Assembly (NCBI GenBank): GCA_050178385.1
Contig: JBFXGD010000038.1
Location: forward strand, 1-24,630
DNA: 24,630 nt
DNA from: Calditrichaceae bacterium
GTDB lineage: Bacteria; Calditrichota; Calditrichia; Calditrichales; JBFXGD01
Direction: 5' to 3'
Shown: piece by piece, positions 1-7,177 of the stretch
Layout of the letters: every line of letters begins with the position of its first letter
How positions within the stretch are numbered: position 1 is the stretch's first letter
Program-made: the position numbers and the translations under genes
Notes under the pieces: model-generated
Seen by the model: only the letters and a program-made list of their open reading frames with translations
Told to the model about the DNA's origin: nothing
Databases searched by the model: none

Positions 1-219
1 TACCTACTCCATGACACGATTACAGGATTAACATATAAAATTGTTGGTTTCTGATTTAAATCCTAAATTCATCTCGTCAATCCTGTTATCATGTCAAATA
101 TAGCAAGATTTTTTTTACCTTCTCTATGACACGATTACAGGATTAACATATAAAATTATTGGTTTCTGATTTAAATCCTAAATTCATCTCGTCAATCCTG
201 TTATCATGTCAAAATATAG
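1..219. repeat. Tandem near-identical duplication (period 115 bp; copies ~1-103 and ~116-219). Each copy carries an ~85-bp palindromic REP/MITE-like unit with 21-bp imperfect terminal inverted repeats
   Basis: ATGACACGATTACAGGATTAAC...GTCAATCCTGTTATCATGTCAAA occurs from 11 and from 126, with one internal substitution. The inverted repeats are 12-32 vs 76-96 and 127-147 vs 191-211 (18/21 complementary). Confidence 0.93.
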
Positions 220-1510
220 ACCCATAAATTAAGCCGCTTATTGTAGCCATGATAACAACCAGGGACACATAAACCGCTGTTTTCTGTGTGCCAATCACTC
301 CGCGGATAACGAGCATGTTCGGTAGAGAAAGCGCCGGTCCGGCCAACAGCAGAGCCAGTGCCGGTCCTTTGCCCATTCCCGCCTGAATGAGTCCCTGCAA
401 TATCGGAACCTCGGTTAAAGTGGCAAAATACATAAATGCACCCACAATCGAAGCAAAAAAATTTGCCCCTAATGAATTGCCACCGACAAATCCGGATATC
501 CATTCGTTCGGGATGATTCCCGCGCCGCCTGTTTGAGAACCAAGAAGAAAACCCGCCACAACCACACCCGCGGCAAGCAACGGCAAAATCTGCTTGGTAA
601 ATCCCCAGGTCTCCGACATCCATTCCTGCGGTTCACCGGGAACGACAGATATGATAACACTCAGAGCTATGATGCCGACAATAAAAGGAATCATCGGATT
701 ATCCGGTATAAGAATATATGATACAAAAGTCAGGGTCATCCCGGCTATGACGTACCATTTATTCAGTTTTAATATATATATAAGCGAAAGACCAAGAAGC
801 ACACCAAAAAAGGATGTTATCACCCATTTATAGTGAAATAAATTGTACCAGATTCCCGAGGTTGTATCCGGTTTTCCCCAGTTCGCGAATACAAGAATAA
901 ATACCAGAACAAAAAAATGAAATGAGGTTTGCCAAAGCGGGCGCGCTTCTTCCGGTTCCGGCATCGCCAATTGGGCATCAGCCTTAGCGGCTTCTTCTTT
1001 TCTATAGATAAAATGCATGATCAAACCGATCACAACAGAAAACACAACAGCTCCTACAACACGGGCGATACCAAGTTCCAGACCCAAAATTCGGGCTGTG
1101 AGAATGATCGCCAAAATATTGATGGCCGGACCTGAATAAAGAAAAGCAATGGCCGGACCCAGTCCCGCTCCCCGTTTATGAATTCCTGAAAATAGCGGCA
1201 AAATTGTGCAGGAACAAACCGCTAAGATGGTTCCTGAAACAGACGCGACCGCGTATGAAACCCATTTTTTGGCATTGGCGCCAAAATACTTAATAACAGC
1301 AGCCTGACTTATAAAAACCGCTATAACACCCGCGATAAAAAATGCGGGAACAAGACACAAAATAACGTGTTCCTGAGCATACCATTTGCTTAATTCCAAT
1401 GATGAATTAATCGCTGTCCTAAAGACAGGATCATTAACCGGCATGAGATATGCGAACGCAAAAAAACCAAGAATCCAGAGAAGATTCTTATATTCATCTT
1501 TCCAGCTCAT
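209..1510 (-). CDS. DUF318 / ArsP_1-family permease (ArsP-like metalloid/metal efflux-associated membrane protein)
   Basis: 433 aa, multi-TM. Family motifs include EHVILCLVPAFFIAG, LAVCSCTILPLF, GLGPAIAFLYSGPAIN, MYFATLTEVPI and GPALALLLAGPALSLP. It lies directly downstream of an ArsR gene. Confidence 0.88.
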   Translation of the reverse strand: MSWKDEYKNLLWILGFFAFAYLMPVNDPVFRTAINSSLELSKWYAQEHVILCLVPAFFIAGVIAVFISQAAVIKYFGANAKKWVSYAVASVSGTILAVCSCTILPLFSGIHKRGAGLGPAIAFLYSGPAINILAIILTARILGLELGIARVVGAVVFSVVIGLIMHFIYRKEEAAKADAQLAMPEPEEARPLWQTSFHFFVLVFILVFANWGKPDTTSGIWYNLFHYKWVITSFFGVLLGLSLIYILKLNKWYVIAGMTLTFVSYILIPDNPMIPFIVGIIALSVIISVVPGEPQEWMSETWGFTKQILPLLAAGVVVAGFLLGSQTGGAGIIPNEWISGFVGGNSLGANFFASIVGAFMYFATLTEVPILQGLIQAGMGKGPALALLLAGPALSLPNMLVIRGVIGTQKTAVYVSLVVIMATISGLIYGSIF

Positions 1511-1561
1511 ATTAAATCCAATTTTTTATATTTCGTTTGATCCCGTATTGATATACAAATA

Positions 1562-1906
1562 TCAAACACCACAGAGATCGTTTCTATTAACTATTTTCAC
1601 TTTGTTCTGATCATTTTTTATCGTTTGCTCATCCGGCAGCCATGTGCGGATTAACGGCAGTAAATGACGGATATATTCGTTTGTCTGATGGGTGTTTAAA
1701 TAATAATTTACCCATTTGCCATCTTTTTCATCTATAATAAATTCGGCGTCCCGTAAGATTGACAGGTGTTTTGAAACCGTAGACGCCGCCAGTTGAAGAA
1801 CCGATGTTATTTCACAGACACAAAGCGGTCTTGTTTCCAGCATTTTTAATATACGTATTCTGTTGCTGTCCGATAAGGCTTTAAAAGTTTTGACAATCAC
1901 TCTCAT
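1562..1906 (-). CDS. arsR: ArsR/SmtB-family metalloregulatory transcriptional repressor
   Basis: 114 aa: FKALSDSNRIRIL, LCVCEI (CxC metal site), HTH STVSKHLSILR, wing KDGKWVNYYL. GGAG RBS at 1912-1915. Confidence 0.93.
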   Translation of the reverse strand: MRVIVKTFKALSDSNRIRILKMLETRPLCVCEITSVLQLAASTVSKHLSILRDAEFIIDEKDGKWVNYYLNTHQTNEYIRHLLPLIRTWLPDEQTIKNDQNKVKIVNRNDLCGV

Positions 1907-1915
1907 AAATACTCC

Positions 1916-1935
1916 ATTTCGTTATATGGCGAAAT
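1916..1935. promoter_or_regulatory. Putative ArsR operator (imperfect 10-10 palindrome)
   Basis: ATTTCGTTAT|ATGGCGAAAT is 8/10 symmetric. It lies between the -10 element and the RBS of arsR and overlaps the predicted -10/TSS. Confidence 0.7.
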
Positions 1936-1961
1936 ATAATAATAAAGATTGCGTTGTTCAA
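1933..1961 (-). promoter_or_regulatory. Sigma70-type promoter of the arsR-permease operon
   Basis: Minus strand: TTGAAC (1961-1956), 17-nt spacer, TATATT (1938-1933). Confidence 0.65.
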
Positions 1962-2259
1962 GAGAATTTTAAATAAATGGGATAATGAAATTTTGAAGCG
2001 GAGATTTTAGAGGCATGGCCGAACAAACTGTTAAAAAATTTATTTAAATATCCTTAGACGGTATTATTATTTATTCATCCGGTTTACTTTATTTTTTCAT
2101 TAAGCTTTTTCGTGTACCCGAACGGAACAATCACTCGTATCCTCTTTCGCTCCATGAAAATATTTAACCGCGGCATTTTGTCATGTAGTTCCTGATTTCA
2201 AGAATTTTAAATTCAAATCAGATTCCAATAATATCTTATGTGTCATAAATTTTTATAAT

Positions 2260-2329
2260 AAAAACAGCAGGCGACCAGGTACAAATTTACAATTTAGATA
2301 TATTGAAGCAATTCTGCCTGACCACCTGC
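2260..2329 (-). terminator. Long-stem intrinsic terminator-like hairpin ending the large operon
   Basis: On the minus strand GCAGGTGGTCAGG pairs with CCTGGTCGCCTGC (13 bp, 3 G-U pairs), with an extendable inner stem. It is followed by TGTTTTT and starts ~30 nt after the stop at 2361. Confidence 0.6.
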
Positions 2330-2360
2330 CATCTACTTCTATTTGATCACAAACGTCTTA

Positions 2361-4295
2361 TCAATTCTTTGTAACGATTGTCCCCTTTTCCGGGAATTTG
2401 AAAGGATTCAGTTTCTGACCGGTTTTGCCATTCGAGTAATGTACCGTCAGCGTATCCGCGGTAATTATGGAAAACAAATCGCTTTCGCTTACTTTTTCAT
2501 TTACAAAATAAACATTCGCGTATGGTTTATCTTTATATACTGTTTCAAACCGTACAATCATGCTATCCGTCGAAATATGGCTCACCAAAGACATAATACT
2601 GCTTCTTAGGGCAGGATTCATGGCCTGAGGCATCGGGATCTCATAAACCGAAATCATATCGGGACTGTAAGTTGTATATTCATTAAAACTGATGTCAAAT
2701 GGTGAAAACATTTCACGCATAAAATCAAGTCTGCTCATTTTTTTTACTTCATCTGAGATATAAGCCACTCCGAATTTCAGACTCTGAGTATATTCTTTTC
2801 CCTTGGTTGTATATGTAACTTCAGGCTTTTCAATGACTGCTTTAATCTGCTGGGGAGTTATTTTACTTTCATCAAAAAATATACTAGCGTGTACAGGTTC
2901 ACCAAATTCTGTCGCAAAACCCATAATACCTTCTGTCTGACGGAGCTGCTGCGTCAAATAAAATGAATCGTATGTATCAAATAGTTTTTCTATCCCAAGA
3001 TCAACCGAGGACAGCATCGCAACTGATGCATCCGGATTACGAAGCAGAGTACGTGTGGGACTGAATACAGATTTTTTTACATCTTCTTCGCTCAGTTTGT
3101 CTTTATCATAAAATATTTTGACAGAATGGGATTGGACATAAGTCTCTACTCCCAGAACCCCATCTACCTTTTTCATTTTTGTGGCAAATGACGAGGAACT
3201 GCCGAAGCACTTGATATTTTTTAAACCTGCCTGAGAAAAAATTGCCGCCTGACTTATTTGATTTTCGCTACCCCACCGTTCATTTATAGTTGGAAGCTCG
3301 ACTGTTGATGCAAGGAAAATTCCCACAGCGATAAGAACAATAGTTGCTGATGCCGGCGCCCAGCGGATTTCCCGTTTATTTATTTGCAGAACTTCTTTTT
3401 CCGGGCAGGAAACGATACAATCGCCGCATAAATGACAATCAATATGATTAACAGTTTCGACACTTGAAATATCAATCGCCATTGGGCAGGCTTTATCGCA
3501 TTTTTTGCAATTTGTGCAGGTATCAACATTGCGGGTAATTTTCAGCGCCGGAAACACCCAACCCTGAAGACGGGTGGTTTCCATCAAATAACCAAGAATC
3601 GAGATAACCGCTAAAGGCCAAACCCAGCTAATCTCGAGATTAAATGCCAACAATATAAAATATACCGCCAACACCGCGACAAACATAATGACATTTGTGA
3701 AAATATTGGTGGCGGCGCCTAGCGGACACAAATATTTGCACCAAAACTGGCGAATAAATATCGCGCCCAAAATCATTATCGCAACAGCGGGAATCGCGTA
3801 CCATAGGAAAACATCATGGCCAAATCCGCTGAAAATGGCATAAAAAGGATCATATTCACGACAAAACAGTTCACTCGCGCTGACCGTAAAATAAAATGTG
3901 GCAAACAGCAGCGCATATTTCAAAACCCTGAGAATTCTGTCTGCCATACCTTTGATAGTATAACGCATTTTCCATTTATCGCCGATTTTACCCAGCCATT
4001 CCGTAAACGTGCCTATGGGACATATATAGCTGCAAAAAAGCTTGCTAAAAATAATCACACCTGCAAGCAAGCCTAGTCCCATGAAGATTTGTGTCTCCGT
4101 CATACTGCAGGCCAGCGTGTTGTTTACTATAAAACTGCTGAATGCCAGCATCCCGCCAAACGGACAGTATGCTTCAAAGTCAGCTATATAATTCTGGTCG
4201 GTAAACAAGCGCACAACCATATATCCCAACAAAACCACAATTGTCCATTGCAGGATAATGCGGTAAGTGTTTAATTGTTTCTTTTTTCTAGCCAT
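2361..4295 (-). CDS. Membrane-bound 2x[4Fe-4S] polyferredoxin (NapH/MauN/YccM/NosR-like) with C-terminal HMA-like domains
   Basis: 644 aa. The N-terminal TM region carries CPFGG, FCSYICPIG and WCKYLCPLG. Ferredoxin motifs are CTNCKKCDKACP and CHLCGDCIVSCP. A further TM is followed by a soluble region beginning with HMA-like GLKNIKCFGS...GVLGVETY...VKIFYD. GGGAG RBS. Confidence 0.85.
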   Translation of the reverse strand: MARKKKQLNTYRIILQWTIVVLLGYMVVRLFTDQNYIADFEAYCPFGGMLAFSSFIVNNTLACSMTETQIFMGLGLLAGVIIFSKLFCSYICPIGTFTEWLGKIGDKWKMRYTIKGMADRILRVLKYALLFATFYFTVSASELFCREYDPFYAIFSGFGHDVFLWYAIPAVAIMILGAIFIRQFWCKYLCPLGAATNIFTNVIMFVAVLAVYFILLAFNLEISWVWPLAVISILGYLMETTRLQGWVFPALKITRNVDTCTNCKKCDKACPMAIDISSVETVNHIDCHLCGDCIVSCPEKEVLQINKREIRWAPASATIVLIAVGIFLASTVELPTINERWGSENQISQAAIFSQAGLKNIKCFGSSSSFATKMKKVDGVLGVETYVQSHSVKIFYDKDKLSEEDVKKSVFSPTRTLLRNPDASVAMLSSVDLGIEKLFDTYDSFYLTQQLRQTEGIMGFATEFGEPVHASIFFDESKITPQQIKAVIEKPEVTYTTKGKEYTQSLKFGVAYISDEVKKMSRLDFMREMFSPFDISFNEYTTYSPDMISVYEIPMPQAMNPALRSSIMSLVSHISTDSMIVRFETVYKDKPYANVYFVNEKVSESDLFSIITADTLTVHYSNGKTGQKLNPFKFPEKGTIVTKN

Positions 4296-4323
4296 AATTC
4301 CAACTCCCTAAATCGATGATTAG

Positions 4324-5559
4324 TTACCTGTCACTCTTTTCGAGTATCAGAATTGCCAGGAATCCATAGATCCCCGTGATAAGCACTACCAGAATGTCGC
4401 CTAGCGAACTACCCATATTTATTTTCCGGCGTCGATAAAGAAAAATCGTCATGAGAATCAGTACAATATTCAGACCAATACTTTTTATGCTGATTGATTC
4501 GATATTAAAATCAAGATACATACTGCTGAAAGTATCCAAATCAAGGGTAAACGGGAAAATATACGCTCCGGCAAGAGCCGCACTTGATTCAGATTTTCCG
4601 GGCCAGGATTCTTCATAAGTATCTATAAGTACATATTCCCTGTTCATGACATAAGTTTTGATATGATCTTCAGAAACTACGGAAACAACCCGGTAGAAAA
4701 GATTGCCTACGACAACAATCTGATCGGTTTCAGGATCATAGCCATCTATGGGTAATTGCTGAGGGCGATAATTATCATATGTTAAAAAATAGAACCTGTT
4801 ATCTTCAGAAACGAGATAGCCATAGAACTCTTTTAATGATTGTTCCTGAAGAAAAAACTGTTTGATCTTCAGATCATCAGGAAAATTCGTATTTTCGCAA
4901 GACGGCTTTCCTTTAATCATTTTTATCTGGAAGAAATCATCATTATTGTCTATCAGAAAATAGCCTTCGTCAAAAGGTTTTCTGGTCGTGGGATTTCCAA
5001 AAATCCGCTTACAGGGAAAAGTGAATCCCTTTTCGGAAAGGGCCTGATTAAATGAATCAGAGATTTCTTCATCAACTTCATTGGTTGTGCAGTTAAGAAC
5101 ATCCATTCGGTTTGTCATCCGGAAGAAAATATCGGGCATCTCCAGTTTTAGTCTTGGCGGCTTTGATTCAAACATAGGGTATACCTGAATCTGGGGCGCG
5201 CTGAATTGATACGGGCGAAATCTCTGCATAAAATTATTTTTTCGGACATCATCCAGTTCAACCTTAATGCCGGCAACAGAATCGGGCATAATACTTTTTG
5301 CGGCAAGAAGACGATAATTCATGAAAGGAAGCAGCGGATCGGTCTCCTCTCGTGTATATTGTTTGTTATCTGAATCATACCAGTTAAATGATTTACCATC
5401 ACTTTTACCGATGATAAACTTTTCAATAACCGGGCTGTAGTTGACCATCGGCGCGCTTGTTCTTTCGCTAAAGATCAGCCAGTAAAGCTGCGGCAGATAT
5501 ATGGAGGCTACAATTACAACAATGACAATAAGCAGCCAGCGACTTAATTTTATTAACAT
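4324..5559 (-). CDS. DUF4857-like membrane protein with a large extracytoplasmic domain (probable ABC transporter partner subunit)
   Basis: 411 aa: one N-terminal TM, a ~310-aa soluble domain (YSPV, LLPF, GNPTTRKPFDEGYF) and two C-terminal TMs. The start overlaps the upstream stop (TAATG), and there is an AGGAG RBS. Confidence 0.75.
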   Translation of the reverse strand: MLIKLSRWLLIVIVVIVASIYLPQLYWLIFSERTSAPMVNYSPVIEKFIIGKSDGKSFNWYDSDNKQYTREETDPLLPFMNYRLLAAKSIMPDSVAGIKVELDDVRKNNFMQRFRPYQFSAPQIQVYPMFESKPPRLKLEMPDIFFRMTNRMDVLNCTTNEVDEEISDSFNQALSEKGFTFPCKRIFGNPTTRKPFDEGYFLIDNNDDFFQIKMIKGKPSCENTNFPDDLKIKQFFLQEQSLKEFYGYLVSEDNRFYFLTYDNYRPQQLPIDGYDPETDQIVVVGNLFYRVVSVVSEDHIKTYVMNREYVLIDTYEESWPGKSESSAALAGAYIFPFTLDLDTFSSMYLDFNIESISIKSIGLNIVLILMTIFLYRRRKINMGSSLGDILVVLITGIYGFLAILILEKSDR

Positions 5560-6236
5560 TATCTAACTCCTTTTCGAAAACGATCAGCTGAATATAAAAT
5601 GGAAATGATATAGAATATGCTGAAGAGAGTAAATAGCGGCAGCGCGTGTTCGTATTGATTGTACCCGCCATTGCTCGGAGAGATAAGCAGTGTGCTTACA
5701 AATCCCGCCGATACTATCATCATAAATATTCTCTGCCACCATCTCGGTTCAACGAAAATCATACCCGTGGCAAGATAGATCACCAGTCCCGCGAGGAACC
5801 ATGCCGCCGTGGTGATCCACAGACTTACGAACACTTCCATTGGATAGAAATTCAGGGTGATTGCGGAGACAATTGTCATAGTAGTGAGATAAATAATCAA
5901 TAACATGGCCACCCCGATCGCCACCATGGTAAGCAAAATCGTATTTGTTTTCATTGGCAGATGCAGAGTGAGTTTTAATCTGCTGGCGTTTATTTCCGGA
6001 TAGAATTGAACAATACCCAGAATAAACCCCGAAATCAGCGGAATTGCCAATATGGATGAATAGAATATCTGATGGCGGAAAATCACATAATACCAGCTGT
6101 TTTTGGGTGTCATCATTCTCATATCATAAGCAATATTTAATGCAATCATAACCAGAATCAGAACCGAGAAAATTAAAATCGCCAGAAAAGCCCAGCGAAT
6201 TTTTAACCATTCTTTAAATATTAATGCTCTAATCAT
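5559..6236 (-). CDS. ABC-2-like transporter permease subunit (about 6 TM)
   Basis: 225 aa, hydrophobic, with an N-terminal 'ALIFKEWLKIRW' and an internal 'QFYPEINASRLKLTLHLP' coupling-helix-like motif. It follows the ABC ATPase. Confidence 0.75.
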   Translation of the reverse strand: MIRALIFKEWLKIRWAFLAILIFSVLILVMIALNIAYDMRMMTPKNSWYYVIFRHQIFYSSILAIPLISGFILGIVQFYPEINASRLKLTLHLPMKTNTILLTMVAIGVAMLLIIYLTTMTIVSAITLNFYPMEVFVSLWITTAAWFLAGLVIYLATGMIFVEPRWWQRIFMMIVSAGFVSTLLISPSNGGYNQYEHALPLFTLFSIFYIISILYSADRFRKGVR

Positions 6237-6244
6237 TTGAACTC

Positions 6245-7135
6245 CTAGTATTTTCCCGTTAACCCGATAAAGGCATCTTCCAAAGTCATAGTAACTTCAG
6301 TAAAATTATCATATTGGATTCCGCTTTTTTTCAGATAATTTTTGATGTCATCTTCGACACTGTAAGTATAAATTGTGCAATGATCTTTTATAATTTCGAA
6401 GTTTTTGATTACTTCATCTTTAACCAGTTGTACTGAATTTGGTGAATTCAGGGTGATTCTGTATTTTTTGAAACCATCCCTGAATTCTTTTACACCCGAT
6501 GAAAGTAGCACACCGCGATAATCCAGAATGACACAATCATCAATAAAATCTTCCAGGTCCTGAATAATATGAGATGTGATAAAAATCGTTTTATTTTCCG
6601 CTTTGGCATATTCGTTCAGATAATCCAGAAATAACCGCCGATAGCCCGCATCCAGCCCCATGGAATAATCATCAAGAATCATCAGATCCGGATTCTGCGC
6701 CAGAATCAGACCCAGCGCTACCTGTGAACGTTGCCCGCAGGACATTGTTGACAACTTCTGATCCGGTTCAACTTCAAGTTTGGACATCAATTCATAATAG
6801 GCTTCTTTTTTCCACTCAGGGAAAAAGTGCGAATAGAATTTCTCGATCTGATAAATATTCATAAAATTGTGCTGAATATGCCCCTCCATTAAAAACCCGA
6901 TTCTTGCTTTTGTCCGGGGCGGGAGTTTCTGAGAGTCTTCGCCAAAAATGAGACATTGCCCGGCGGCCGGTTTCAGATAACCATTAAGAATATTAATAGT
7001 GGTGGTTTTGCCGGTGCCGTTCTTACCGAGCAGACCGAAAATACTGCCCTTTTTGATATTAAAACTCATGTTCTCATATATGAGTTTTTTCCCGTAATAA
7101 TGCGTCAAATTTTTGCATTCGACCACGTATTCCAT
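6245..7135 (-). CDS. ABC transporter ATP-binding protein (exporter/ABC-2 class)
   Basis: 296 aa: Walker A GKNGTGKT, signature variant MSCGQ, Walker B/D-loop LMILDDYSMGLD, H-loop TSH, C-terminal TLEDAF. Confidence 0.93.
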   Translation of the reverse strand: MEYVVECKNLTHYYGKKLIYENMSFNIKKGSIFGLLGKNGTGKTTTINILNGYLKPAAGQCLIFGEDSQKLPPRTKARIGFLMEGHIQHNFMNIYQIEKFYSHFFPEWKKEAYYELMSKLEVEPDQKLSTMSCGQRSQVALGLILAQNPDLMILDDYSMGLDAGYRRLFLDYLNEYAKAENKTIFITSHIIQDLEDFIDDCVILDYRGVLLSSGVKEFRDGFKKYRITLNSPNSVQLVKDEVIKNFEIIKDHCTIYTYSVEDDIKNYLKKSGIQYDNFTEVTMTLEDAFIGLTGKY

Positions 7136-7177
7136 AACTTTGTTCCTTTGTTATTTCTCAAATATTGCCGGAAACAT

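Noticed and set aside
1..219. Possible CRISPR array
   Set aside because: The repeat unit is ~100 bp with an essentially identical interior, there are no unique spacers, and no cas genes are in the window.
1511..1564. Selenocysteine readthrough at the arsR TGA, or a second operator half-site (ATATTTCGTT) before the permease
   Set aside because: The protein is full length at the TGA with no evident SECIS hairpin, and the half-site has no matching symmetric partner.
2084..2155. 23-aa minus-strand ORF (MERKRIRVIVPFGYTKKLNEKIK) and a nearby imperfect palindrome at 2192-2221
   Set aside because: There is no RBS or recognisable motif, and the AT-rich palindrome is compatible with chance.
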